64,000 nucleotides of DNA. Source: Epiperipatus broadwayi (lineage: Eukaryota > Animalia > Onychophora). Each line of letters starts with the position of its first letter. Position 1 is the first letter of the stretch. Below, in pieces: positions 12,330-26,250 of the stretch. The stretch lies in NCBI GenBank assembly GCA_028023455.1, contig JAQFVV010000003.1, positions 3,596,001 to 3,660,000 of the forward strand, written 5' to 3'. The notes beneath the pieces were generated by a model. It did not search any database, was not told the DNA's origin, and saw nothing but the letters and a program-made list of their open reading frames with translations. The position numbers and the translations under genes were made by a program.

Positions 12330-12780
12330 TTCAAACCATGGTTTTCTGCAGACATTGTTCTTTTACTATATTTCTGAATATCTTAATTAGTTTGTTCAGG
12401 ATAGTAGTATTCTTCTTAGGCAATAGTGATGTTAGTTGGGTATGGAATCAATAGATCTTCGGCAATTCTTATAGCACAGTCCATTTCTTTTCTCACAGCA
12501 TCATTAACACAGGCAGTAGCTGGATTTAGCAAACTTCAGCATTAGTCTCTGGATCCAATTGAATGTCCAGATGATTCGACATATTAGATGGTCTTCTACT
12601 GATCATTGTCATAAATTCTGTGCTGGATCTTAGTATTGAAAAATACTTTTAATGCCAGCAAAGCAGTCCAAATTATGGTGGAAAATAATTTTAACCAGCT
12701 GTTTCTCATCTCAGCATGAGATCATTGCAACACTGCCTTTTGAATTAAGGCTTGGAATAGACTAGAGTAGACTGCTGTAG
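12330..12780 (-). mobile_element. Degenerate LINE fragment (EN-RT linker)
   Basis: Minus strand ends in a KPWF-type motif (aaaccatggttt); coding-like composition broken by stops. Confidence 0.3.
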
Positions 12781-15700
12781 TTGTTTATTTCTGACCTATT
12801 TATACTCCATTTATTGTTCATTCTTATTGCTGTACTCGACAGATTTTTTTCAAATAACAGATTTATCAAAAGCAAGTTACAAGATTTAACATCTGTTTAC
12901 CTACAGCAACATGTTTATTGATAAATATTTCATTTTTTCACATGTGGCAATAAATAATTTTATAGATATTTTGACATTAAATCATTATTTAATAACTAAA
13001 TTAACAAAAGAAAAAAAATAGTTTTTTTATTTATTTATATACATTATTAATAGAAGGAAAGAAAAAAATCATTACTGATTTTTAAAAATTGATAAATAAC
13101 TATTAATTTCAGTAACCCCAAATTCTTAATAGCATATTTAGATTTGCTGTTTAAATTACTATAAGAATGTGCAAGTTATTTATTTAAAAATCCATTGAGA
13201 AAGCAGATCAGGAAGAAGCACAAAATACTTTATACTTTTTTATAAACTATGGAATTCAAATTCTTGTGCTCATGAACTATTTTTCTTTCTTTCTTTACAT
13301 AGCACATCTTTATCATTTTCTTGCATTTTATCTTATTACAAAGTACATTTCCCTTATAAAATATCCAACAGTATGATTAAAATATACAAATTAATTTTGA
13401 AAAAACTTTTTAAGCCGGTGAACTTAAGTAATGTGTATGTTATATCTAATACATGTATACATACACATATGACAATTTATACATCTATTATTCAATTTAT
13501 GAGTTTTTTATGGAGCTTTGTAATGTAACTGATTTGAGTTGCTATCAGATTTGTTCTGTTACAATATATTTTTAAAAAAAATACACAAACAAATATAAAA
13601 TTTTGTAGTCAGTCTAGTCCAAAAGTAATTTGCAAATGAGTATTTTTGAAGTTGTTTTATGTATGTTCCACATAATGTGTAAACATTCATTTTTTCATTG
13701 AACAAAGTTGCTAGAATAAAACCAATGACTAGGTAAATTTAATCAAGTAAAGATTTTATATTAATTGAAATGTTTGAGAAAAAGCAGACAATCATAAAAG
13801 CTGGAATAGAAAGATAAATAATTGAAGTTAACTTTGATATTCATTCAATTAAAGGAACACAATGGATGCCTGCCTATCTTCAACCTATTAGTGATGAATG
13901 TAGAAGAAAGAATAATTCAAGTTTAAAATTAACATCTATTAACCTGTGCTTTAATTAAAAGTATAAACTAAGAGAAGTTGCTAATTATTATTTGTTAAGT
14001 AAAGGATATCATATACAATTATTTGGACCGATGTTTAAATTTCTTGGCTGTTTATATAGGAATTTGATAATGTTGCAAATATGAATTTAAAAAATTTTTT
14101 TTTTCTTCTACAGAGGAAGTTTGCTTATAAGGAGGAGATAAAGAACTTACAGTCAGCAAAGGACTCTTAATATTTTGAACTGCAATGTAAAACCATATAG
14201 GGATGTATTGGAAAAAACTAAATTTTCTGAATTAATATTAAAACTTCACTTTCTTAATCAGACACTTGTTAAATACAAAATCTTTTATTAATTCACATTA
14301 TACTATTATATTTGTTAATAAAAATATTTTTCAATTAATAGATAAAACCTTTTTGGAAAAAAAACTTAAATGGACAACTTCTGAAGAGCCTACAGATTTT
14401 CAAAAATTCTGGCACCAGTTAAATTAGTTTGTATTGAATCTTACAGTTATATTTGTTTGTGTGTAAATATAATCCATATTTTGACCAAAGACTTAAATTA
14501 AAGGCTCATTTCTAGATTTATTCATATTCTGTTTACATATAAAACAAAATCATAAATTATCAACCTATCTTAAGTTTACAACTTTTAAAAAATAAATAAA
14601 TATAGATAAGCCTTCCTTAATTAATAGGCAAATAACTATCTAGATTTTTTTTCTTTTGTAAATAACATTGACAAAATAATCTAATATTTCAAATCCACCT
14701 AGAAATGTATGCAGTATATATCGTGGAATTTCTGTAGTCACATACTTCTTGGTTATAAGGCTTCCTGTGATTGTCATGAATTTATAGATGAAAGTAAAAA
14801 AAAAAAATAATCCAACTTTTTTTTTTTTGTTTATATTAAAAATGTTTTAGTACATATTTATATGTAGAAAATATTGTATATACATATACTATAATACATT
14901 TTAATGTAAAATAAAAATAATAGAAATACTCTGTAGAATATTTTATATAAAAAAAACTCTTTCAAAATCTGTTCATTGTACAACTCTGTTTTTAAAAACA
15001 TTTGCCAAAAATTATTTTCTATAGATTTTTTCCTTTAACTTATTTTAGTGAAAAAAAGTTTTAATTGAACTTTTATTGACAATCTAATAAAAAAAATTGC
15101 ATCTCCTATAAAGTTTTAAGTGTCATTCTGTCATGTAATAAAATGAAAAGAATTTAAAAACAAAAACCTAAAATTTTTTAAATAATGACCAGAAAAACAA
15201 ATACTATTTTAGTACAGTAATTAATTAGAATAATATTAAAATTATATACTGCATATGTGTATGTACACATATTTTTTACATAATTGTGAAGAAAATTTAT
15301 GATGAATTGATATCTAAGGGACAGCATAAAAAAATATTTTTTTATTATATAATTTTTTTTAATTGTGTGTGTGTTAATCAATGGATAATGATACCTTGGT
15401 TTTTAAACTTTTCACATGTTCTAGCTATTTTCTTAAAAATATATAGTTATATTTGAGAAATAATACGGTTGTAACAAAATATAATAACTCCATTTTAAAA
15501 TATTGATATTTCTAACTTAATAACTTAAACAGGTTTGTAATTGACATTATTAATTTGTTTTATTTTTTAAATAAAAACAAGATTGCTTAAGGTTACAATC
15601 AAAACTATAGTTTGGAATAATTTAAATAACATCACCTAAACAAATTACAAAGTTGTATCAGTAGTAGCTTTTTATTTAGTTACTAAGCATATATCTTGGT

Positions 15701-16652
15701 GAAATTATAAACTTTAGAAGATTGTATCCAATTAATTGTGATATTATTTTTTCAAAATGCAAAATGTATTAACGTTATTAATCAAAATAACATATAAATT
15801 TAACATGATAAGTAATTAACAATAAAATAAAAAATTAATGGATAATTTTTGTTCTTCTCAAACTATTTCTGGACATATGCAAAAATGAATATTGAGATGG
15901 TTTAATTTGCATGGTGTCATCTTTAGTTTATTCAGAAAGAAAAACATATTCGCTTGAAATCCAAATAATGGCTGACAATCTAAATTATTGTTTGATAATG
16001 ATATCATAGATATATTGTGCAATGCGAACACTGCCTTTCACAAATCTATAGAGATAATTTAAACTCTTTGCTTTTATTTTGATTACTTAAATAAATATCA
16101 TTTATATTTGGGATGATAAACATCATTATTGACTTACACTAGCTAACTATATTTGTAAATTCCTATTTTAACCTATTTATTGTTATATATAAGCTGGCTA
16201 TTCAACTAGGGCACAAATACAATCATTTGTCTTTGGTGACTAGATATATCAAGATATTTTCATATGATATATTTCTAATAACTTCTTCTATGTAAAGTGA
16301 TTTATAATATCTCTGGACAGCTGTTGGCGATAGAATCAAAAACCAAGAGGAATAATAATAAGAAAAATCATGTTTGCTAGAAAATAATTAAACTCATAAA
16401 CTAATATAGTAAAAAGAGATAGAAAACAAGTATAATCATTGCCAAAAAATTAAATAATAGTAAGCAAATATTAGATAGTATTGAGAAGGGATTCATGAGG
16501 GATTGTTTTAAAGTTTTATATGTCTTATTTTTTTATATACAAAATTCTATACTCAAGTACAAAAATATATATTTATTCAAGTACTTCTTCTCTCTACAGA
16601 AAGCTATAAGATTCTTACCTCAGAACCACCATAATTCCTCTCTTGTACTCAC

Positions 16653-16683
16653 CCGAATAACTTTCTTTTTGCACTAATCTTAT
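16653..16683 (-). CDS. Candidate 31 nt exon
   Basis: gatcttcag|ATAAG...TTCGG|gtgagt; strong splice sites, open in two frames. Confidence 0.3.
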
Positions 16684-17159
16684 CTGAAGATCAAAATATT
16701 ATTCATTTTAAATTTAACATTAAATTAAGTGTTAATTGAAGATTTATAGCAAATAATAACAAAAATAATTACTGTTAAGAACAAACAAATGATTGTTTCA
16801 TCTTGGCATATATTTTCATTTTAAGTGTTTTGTAATTTCATGCCAGATATAGACATAATATTTTAGATATAATATTTAGACATGTTAAGATTTTGCATAA
16901 ATTTAAAATTATTTTGAAAATAAATCATTTCGTTTTCAATTATTTAAACAAAAAAAAAAAAAGATTAAATATGGGAAAAGATTATAAATCAAATAACTCC
17001 TTGTAATTTTGCTTTAAACTTTGTAAGAATTATTTACTTAATCTAAATTATAAATGCTTGCTATTATTTAAATAATTACATTTATGAATTATTAATCTCT
17101 ATTATTGTTAATCATATCTTATAGATCTGTTAATTATTGATTTATTAAAATATATATAT

Positions 17160-18153
17160 TGTAACCTAGCTCCCTGGTCTAATTGGTCATCAACGAATCA
17201 TGCCGTACGTTTTAGCGATTAACATCTCCTATACAACCTATCATACTCTCATTATCAAGAATATAAGCATAAAGAAACAAAAATGTAAAACTAACGAAAT
17301 GATTCCTGTATTGAATAAAACTAGCATGAAACTATAGATCTAAAGAAGATCACAAGGTGATTAATAAAGATAATAACTTCTGGTCAAACCAGCTTTAAAA
17401 TCCACACAAACAAAATGTGATGAGTTAAATTTAATATTCAGCAAATCAATAAATAACTAATAATTATATCTCTGGAATGATTATGAAATTAAACTTGTAA
17501 ATGAAATGATAAGTAAATTATGATGTAGATGACTAAATGGATGATAGATGAAGTAATAATTAAATAGTGGAATGAAATAAGTTTAAGAATGAAGAGAAAA
17601 GAATGAAGATGTATGAGAATAATGAATGATTAAGATGATGATAGAATAAGAGTTAATGAATAGTTAAGATGATAAAAGAATAAAAGTTAATGGATGATTA
17701 ATCAATTATGACAATGAATTAATATCAAATGAGATTGAATAAATAAAAGAACGATCAAGATGAAATTAAAGAACAATGTTAATGATGGAGACTGAAATCT
17801 TAAACTAGAAACTAATGTGGTATTAAATGGTAAAAAGATAAGCTAAATAAAAATAGGGATTTCAAGCTTGACACAACCAGAATATTTATCATGAAATTAA
17901 AACAAACTATCCATTTTATGCCAAAAGAAGTAATTTACATCTTAAAGTTTAGTTGACTTTCATAAAACAGTGAAAGTAATCTAATTCAAGTCCAACTATA
18001 ATAAATAACTATCTATAAAATTTATTACAAATTCAAATTCTACCTTGAAACTTAACAATTAATTCTTCTCAGGGTTCAAACACTCAAAATCGTTATACAA
18101 AATATATTTGGGTCAGTGAGAGGGATTTTACCACTACCCGAATAGAATGCACA
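17160..18153. mobile_element. Possible solo-LTR-like segment
   Basis: Abrupt start TGTAACC with CpG-containing sequence, candidate ...GCACA end, internal ~33 bp tandem repeat near 17630-17700. No TSD seen. Confidence 0.3.
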
Positions 18154-19616
18154 AAACAGCTCTCAATATAAACTCAAATTAAGAATTATATTTTGCATTT
18201 ACACATAAACTTTATGAATTCAATAACTCTTATAACCCTAATATTGAAGAAATAGGAATAACTTTCTAATAAATAAACACAATAACTTACCAAATTCATT
18301 TTCTCAAATAATTATAAACCATGTGATAAGATCAGTGAATGATAGCTCTGCAGGTTCAACTAAACCAATTAGATCAATATTATGTTTATCTTTTAATCTA
18401 TTACTTAAAATAATCTGTACTCTAAGTTATTAACATTTTGATTATTGTGTGATTATGCATTAGATGTACTTATAAATTATAAGGCTCAACAAAATTATTA
18501 TGATATAGCATAATATAGTTAATAGTATTATATTGGTCGATAATGATATCAATTTATAATTTTCTGATAGGTCGATAGCAATAACAATAATAGTGTATTG
18601 AAGCAGTCGGATCTGAGTTCGATCCTAGCTTCATGTTATTTACCCTAATACTAACCTTAAATTTCCGATGCAATGGGGCTTTATACGTTCAATCCACGCT
18701 AATTTCCAGAATGAATAACTTGTTTCAAATACGTAGTAAAATTAGTTAGTTTAGTTAAATTTGATCAATTCTCTAAATAAATTCATGATAAAATATTCAT
18801 GAATTTATATATATTAAATTGCGTGGATTGTGCGTATATATATTTGTAAATATTAAATGTATATAATTGTTCGAAAGTTTCATTGCGTCGGGAATACTTG
18901 TTTTTTTTTACTTTTAAATAATCTGTAAAGTTTTGCGATTAAAAGCTACATTCCTTCCATGGGCTTTCAAATTCTCAAAAAAACAACAGTAAAGTTTTAT
19001 TAATTAAAAAAAGATAAGAATTCAATTTTTGATTAAAATCATTTCAGACTTTAAGAATTCATTTTCTAATTAGGAAAGGAATTCACAAATTAGTTTGAAA
19101 GCTTATCGAAGGAATGTTTTGGAAAACAACTAATTATAACAAAAAGACAGATTGATAATAAAATGAGCGCTAGCCGGAGGCATCAGGAAACAGTAGATAT
19201 ATAGCCCTGAAAAGTAAAGAAGGGGCTAGTGAGTTTTTGGTTGTAGAGTAGTGCAGTGAACTCTGTGCATATTAATTTGTTTTTCATCATGATAGAGGGC
19301 TAGAAAATCAGGGATCTGGCTGCGGTTCCTAAAGTCCTGAGGAATCTTCACTGGAGCTGCTGAACCGTTTTCCGGATCGATAAATCTGCTAAAATAATGA
19401 AAGCTACTAAGATACTACTCCAGTAGTTAACCAATGATGCCTACGTTTTCAACAACTTGGAGGTGTAACTTAAGGACCAGCGGAAGGGGTAATATGAACG
19501 TTAAACTTTCTGGCCAGTTCGAACTTTATTTTATACTCCTCCTATTTAAGAGCTCTTTATTATTTAATGTAAATCTTTATAAAATGCGAATATAAATTTA
19601 TATTGTAATTCTTTCA

Positions 19617-20824
19617 ATCTCTAGTCTTTAAACTTTTTCTTTTCTTACCTGGCGGTTCGTTTAATATATATATGTTGGTGTGCTTTATTAATGTCGTATT
19701 TAAAAATTATATGCCAATAATCTTTCGACTCGATGAGCCCTTTGATTCCATTTGCCTCACGCAAATAATATAACATTAATTTCCAATAGTAATTCTCGCC
19801 CATTAGAACTAAATTTGAAAGTTCTATTAATCATCGAGTCGAAAGAAAATATTACATGTTTATCATTTGATAATTGGCTAATAATAAACTATTAGCTCCA
19901 TTTTTCACCTATGTCCCCAGCTACTAAGTTACAATTGTTTATATACTCACAAAATGTTATAATATTGATTTCTTGTTCTACTAATATATATTTATTCGAA
20001 TATAACCTTAAATGTTTTTATTGCCAAAAAGGGTCGATAAAGGGTTAAATGTATTTTAATTCCATTTTTGTTATTTTAAATTGATATTCAGGAAGGGCAC
20101 GAATATTAAGGCATAATTAAGATAGTTTATAAATGTTTTCAAAATAGTTCGATAAAGCTCGTTTGACTTTAATTAATTGGTCAAGTCATCACGTAGAGCA
20201 TTCTACATGGGTTTTATTTTTCAACGATGACTATCAAGTCATCATCATCAAATGTTGCTGACGTAGGGCCATCTTCCGCTCCGTTAGGCTGGTCGGTGAT
20301 CATATTTTCGCATTTAAATTTCTCGAGGAAGAAAATACTTCCTTTCCGTTTCATTAGTCAAAGGGCGTAAGACTTGCCAAATGCAAGCCGCCATAAGACT
20401 TCGATCATCAACTAGCGATCATCTTTCAATTTTACTCACTGCCTTGTAATTCGTCAGTACCATTGCGTCCTTGTTTCGGTAAAACCCGCTCCGTGCTCGT
20501 AATTCGTGATGGAGTGATTTAAATTAAAGTCGAACCAATCCTCAAGTATATTTCGTTTAAATCAGTTCTCAAATCAAGATTAAAGTTATGCCTTGAAATA
20601 CGTTTTGCTCTTCAGGAATAGATTTCCGAATGTGGGAATAAATCTCACATTCCACCGTAATAAAAGTAGAATACCCATTTCCGTTCTTAATAAATACCTT
20701 TATCTGCCCTTATATTTCTCGTTGGGGGCATAGACATAGAACTCCATGTTGCGTAATACTGGTTGGCATATGATAAGGACCGCCATTCTTATTATATTTA
20801 TAAATTCTTTTAAAGACTAGAGAT
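19617..20824 (-). other. CpG-retaining island with decayed minus-strand ORF(s), bracketed by a 16 bp inverted repeat
   Basis: ATCTCTAGTCTTTAAA at 19617-19632 and TTTAAAGACTAGAGAT at 20809-20824. Frameshifted coding-like runs such as LEDWFDFNLNHSITNYEHGAGF, AACIWQVLRPLTNETERKYF, LEKFKCENMITDQPNG. Confidence 0.4.
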
Positions 20825-21837
20825 CACTAATGCAATCTATATTTTCTTGAACCAAACAAATTATTATTATTATTAAATATTTTATAACATACTTGGTTTC
20901 TTAGTTCATCATTCTTTTTATAATTATTTAAATGTTAATACCCGCTGTCTGTGTTGGCAACCCGAACATACATATGATTCGATTTAAAAGTAGTCAAAGT
21001 TATTTGATATTCGTGTCAGTAAAAGGGCCTCTAGTCCTCACCAACCGTTGAGCTAGTTCTTGGCGCATAGCACTGTGCCGTCGATTTCTGCTATCTGAGC
21101 TGTTAAGTTGGGTTTGAATTCAGTTTTGGTTAAGCTGAGTTGGAATCCGATTTGACATTGGGGGTGGTGGTTTTCGACCGGTACAGTATATATGGTGCTT
21201 AGCAATAAGACTACAGGCAACTAAATAAATTTTTAAACACAACAAACTTTATTTACAATATTTACAAATTTTAATTCAAAGACATGGCTTGAAATAAAAC
21301 TAATATATTAAAAGAACTTATGGATGGGACAAATACTTAGTATCCCATTGACCATATTCTTAGTCAGTACAACTAACTTATACCATGATAATCAGAGTAT
21401 CACTTTTTACGGTTCAGCCTATTTTAAAGAATAAGATAATGAAACCTTATTGAAACTGAACCAGCACTTAAATTATAAAAACAACAGTGTACTTATGACC
21501 TTATGGTATGCACAAATTTTAAATTTAGAATTCAAAAGTTAGAAAGGGGTGCATTATATCAAGGCCATTTTTTTTATCAGAAAAGGGCAATTATCATATT
21601 CTGCGCAATTACTAACTGATTAAGATTTGAAATCAATAAGTTTGGTGTATTAAAGAACAGACATCAAAAATCAAATACACACATGTCACTAAAACATCTA
21701 TGTCCACAACCTACATGTCACTAAAACATTATCTATGTCTACAACCTAATTATTGAATACTTAACTGATTTTACCAATCCATTGTTAAATCATTATTTGA
21801 TGAAGATGAATCCACACTGCCCATGTGCATCTCTTAC

Positions 21838-21845
21838 TTTTACAT
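21838..21845 (-). CDS. Candidate 8 nt microexon
   Basis: atttttag|ATGTAAAA|gtaaga; reads DVK. Confidence 0.15.
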
Positions 21846-22571
21846 CTAAAAATTTCTACAATCATTAATAGATCTTGGTTTAGTCTGTCTATAACTGATG
21901 AAGATCCTACAACATCATAAAACACTAATTCAATTAAGCAAACACTACAGTTAAATCAGTGTTCCTAAATCTAACATTATTTTATCCTTATCATATGATT
22001 TTGAACTACTATACTTCACCATACATGGTGGAAAAACTAACTCTATATCATCATGAGGGATTTACCCCTAAAAAGGGAGGCTCTATAAATACAACATGAC
22101 AGTTGTATAATAATATGGCTAATTCTACTATCTCTCTATGGGTATACACGTAGGCTTTGCCCCACCATGAAAAAAATAGAATTCAGACCATGGATATCTT
22201 TTCTTTTAGGATTATTTATGCTAACAAGCATTAATTACTACTCAGCCTCTACCAAAATTTCCTCTCATGGCATCAGCAATAGGTGACTCTCCATCAGCCC
22301 ATGCTCAATATTAATATTAATCTATTGGATGCCATTCTATTGGAACATCCTATCATCTAAAAACTCATAAATCATTCTCAATATTATAGCAAGGTAAAAC
22401 AGCACTAACAATAACAGTGGAGATATACATATTCCATTTCACAATGCAGAACTATTAATATATCGATAGACAAACCAAAATATATATGTCAAATGATCAT
22501 TAATTATTTTAAAATGACAACTATACTTTTGTTAAAGAGAGCACAACGTATTCAAGCAATAAAGATCAAAC

Positions 22572-22604
22572 CTGCATTTGTATTCAAAGTGGACAAGTTC
22601 ATTT
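22572..22604 (-). CDS. Candidate 33 nt exon
   Basis: ttttacatag|AAATG...GCAG|gtttga; open in phase 1-1 (QMNLSTLNTNA). Confidence 0.25.
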
Positions 22605-22988
22605 CTATGTAAAATTAAGAAATGAAAAAGGTTTAGATCAATTTTTCTTTTATATAAGAAATTATTTCGGTCATTCTAATATCTTTGATAAAATGTCTGC
22701 ATGTTTACCCTTTAATAATATACATTAAAATCTGTTTTAAAATATGAGAGAAGTAAATATTTCTCTCACTCTCTCTAGATAAACGATATATATAATATCA
22801 TGTTTTCCCTTTAATTGAAAAATAAAAATACATGTAATAGATGTATGTATTTTACACATTTTTTTTAACCCAATATATTTCATGCCACAATAAAACATAT
22901 ATGTTTAAAAACAAAATTTCCAAATAACACATGACGTAAGTATTATACCTAACACAGCAATAATAAAAAATAATAATAATAAACAAAC

Positions 22989-23094
22989 GTTTTCTATTAT
23001 CAGAGTTTATCCTATTAATAAAGTTTATTTTATTCTGGTGAGCTAAAATGATAGGCACTGATATTATGATGAGTAAACATTTCAGATAACGCAT
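22989..23094 (-). CDS. Candidate first coding exon of a small secreted protein (signal-peptide-like)
   Basis: MRYLKCLLIIISVPIILAHQNKINFINRINSDNRK, then phase-1 donor GTTTGT; lies in a CpG-retaining promoter-like zone. Confidence 0.35.
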
Positions 23095-26000
23095 ATATAT
23101 TTTATTATCCTGTTTGATGCTAATATAATAAGGCAATATTCACAGGTCTTCAAGTATATCACAACTAAAATCTGTTTATTTATGTTTTAATCCAGATAAT
23201 TTTTCTTGAAAGTGACTTTAGAATTTTATTACAATTAATATATTTAACTTTTTTTAAATGATTTATTGATTATGTTCTTTCCTCATACGGCAATATATAT
23301 GTAACAATCTTTAAACAATCTGGCATTTTAAATCTTTCAAAGCCTTATTACAACAACGCATATTTTACAATAAAACCTTAAAAGTAAATATTTATTTTGT
23401 TCCATTTTATTAGCAAAATATTATATGATTATCAATATTAAAAGGAATTTATCCAATTATAAATATGATATCCTTAACATTTTACTGAATTTGTAATTTT
23501 CTATTACCATCATTACACAAGTTCGCGCTAGGAAAAAAAATCAGCAGATGAGTGTTTATTTCTTAATAAAGAATTGAGAATAAAATCACTTGCAATTATC
23601 TTTTAACTTTATTAAAATTCTATGATATAAAATGACTTTTGATTTTATTTATAATATCTTCTGAAATCCTTTAGAATTATTTTGAATTATTTTCTTGAAA
23701 TTACGATTTTCAAACGAACATCTGTCCTGCTTTATATTTACTAGTGGCACGAAAACACAAACATTATCAGCTCTTCAGTTTAATTATAAATAATTTATGT
23801 ATCATTTTTAAAGAAAAGATTTTAAACATATGAACAAAATAAAAGCAAAAGCTTACTTTTTCTTGAATTTTTCTGGGTTTAAAGCAATATTTATGTGAGA
23901 CAGTTATGAAGCACAAGGTTTCCATTTCTCCTCCAGTATAACTTTTAAGAACTATCAATCGATGAAAAAGGTGTTTAAAACGATAGCAAGGTTTGAAGAT
24001 TTTTTACTCAATAATTTTTAGATATCAATATATTATAATCCATTCAATTAGATTCCAAATTTTTTTTGATTTTTAGCTTTTTTCCTCCTTATTTTAGAAG
24101 ATCAGAATTGAAGTATGTGGTTGTTTAGTTCTTTTTTTCTTAATCAACCCCCCTACAACTTTGGTTTGACATATATAATTTTTATTACAAAGCATTGTGG
24201 TAAGAAATTAACCAATAATCTTAGTGTGAATAATTAATATTACCCCCTCTGGCTTCATTTTTAATAACTACCCTTAATTATTTAAGACAGCTTTAGATTC
24301 ACTACATAAAAAATATGCTTAAGTAATTGACTATAACCATTTATTTTACAAGATTTAATAAATTTAATTTATTTGTTTATTTATTTTAATTGCTATCCAA
24401 TAATAATAAAATAGCAATATATTTATCTCCCAATTAATAACAATATTTTTAAATTGTTGTTTTATCCCTAGTTTCAAACCTACACTGGGTTTGAAATCTC
24501 ATCTCCACTCAAGCAATTTCCTAGTGCATCCAAAACAGTCTTTATTTCAAGCCACTTATTAAGATTTTCATGCCAGATATATTATTATGTTTTAAAATTT
24601 TGGATTATTTAATACAGGGACCTAAATAAAAGGTCACAATATATATGAAGTGAATGTTTATTATAGAGTTTAAAAGCGAATGAAATATCTCTACTTTACA
24701 AAATTAACAACAATTTTTCAAAAGCAATTTATGCAATAAGAAATGGTTGCTTTCTTACTATAAAATGTTATTGAGCAAGGCAGTTAGAAAGCAGTTTTAA
24801 TATTAATTAAAACAGAATTTGTAATTACACATGATATTAAAGTACATATATCACATCTGAGTTTTTTAATCAAACTATCTCCAAATATATATGTAAAAGG
24901 GAATAATTAGGTTTGTGTTTATAATGCCTCTTAATTAAAGGAAAAAGTTATTACTTTTGATGATTTTAATAATGGCTGGCAACTTAATTTAAAGTATTAT
25001 TTGAATAACAATAACATAGATTTATCACATAAAGCAAGCATATGCCAAATATATTTGCTGTCATTCATGTGAATCTAACTATATATCTAATTTATTCTCT
25101 ATTTTAATTTTGATTATTTGAAAATTATTTCTATTTTGGTTGATCATTATTGGCAGCTCCACCATATATTTCACCACTTAATCATATTTTTATCATGTGT
25201 AAAAACTTAACTTTATGAACTGTTGAACTAAAAAATGTTAATAGTTGATGATGTTATTGGTGTAAAACAGTTGTCTTAAATGAAGTCTGAAGTTTCTGTG
25301 CCTACTCTATATACTTATAAATCTTTTAACCAAGTTAAACATTCTTTCCCTCTAAAATTTTTATAAACCAACTCAAGTTTTACTCATTATTCAATTATTT
25401 TCAGCCCACCACTACTCTTTCCAGGGTTTTTGTAAATAAGTTGTATTTTTAAAATTTTATTTCTAAAAAATTAGTCTTAAAAACCTATATTTTACAATAA
25501 TAAATAATATTCATGTTTTCATTTTATATTATACATATGTTAGTGATAATCATTTATTTGTTTAATAATAATTATATATATAATCATTTAGTCAACAGTA
25601 ATTTTCCACCTGAATCTTTTTATTTTTTTGGCCTGAGTCTTTATTATTAGTGCCTCCTTTGTTTGTTTTTTTATTTTTATATCATCTAATTTACAACACT
25701 TTTTTAATATAACTTAAAATTATAAAAGACTTTTTATCTAATCTGTATTATTTTAAGTCTTATTTTATTTGCATTATTTGTTGCTCTGATATATTTATTT
25801 GTAATATTTTTTAGATATAAAAATCTCTTCACAATTTATGTCATAAATTGTGTTAATCCCATTCTTAATAGTATTATTTAACAAAAAATAAAAAATCTAA
25901 GGAGATTTTTGTATTTTGTAATCTTAGTATTTCTTCATATTCATTTAGTTCTTATTTTGTTATTTTTATATTTATTTTAATACTTTAATTGGATAATTTA

Positions 26001-26250
26001 TTTTTAAATTCTTCTATTATTAATGTTTATCTTTCATATTCATTCTTATTAGAACAATGATTTTTAGTTCTCTGTATAACAGAACTTATACCATTAATTT
26101 TATATCTATGAAAACTATTTTGTTCTTTTGTATACTATGTCACTTTCTCCATTTTTAAAATTTGTATTAATCATTATATTTATGTAGTTCATTTTATTAT
26201 CTTGTTCTTTTTGTGTTGCAATTTTTTTTTTTTATATCTATTTTGTTAAT

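Noticed and set aside
14114-14170. Plus-strand candidate terminal exon RKFAYKEEIKNLQSAKDS* after a strong acceptor
   Set aside because: No upstream coding exons could be chained to it; unsupported without RNA data.
20034-20049. piggyBac-like end ...GATAAAGGGTTAA
   Set aside because: No matching opposite terminus found nearby.
21690-21750. Short tandem duplications (32 bp x2 here; 21 bp x2 at ~36070)
   Set aside because: Ordinary slippage repeats; no spacer structure, not CRISPR-like.
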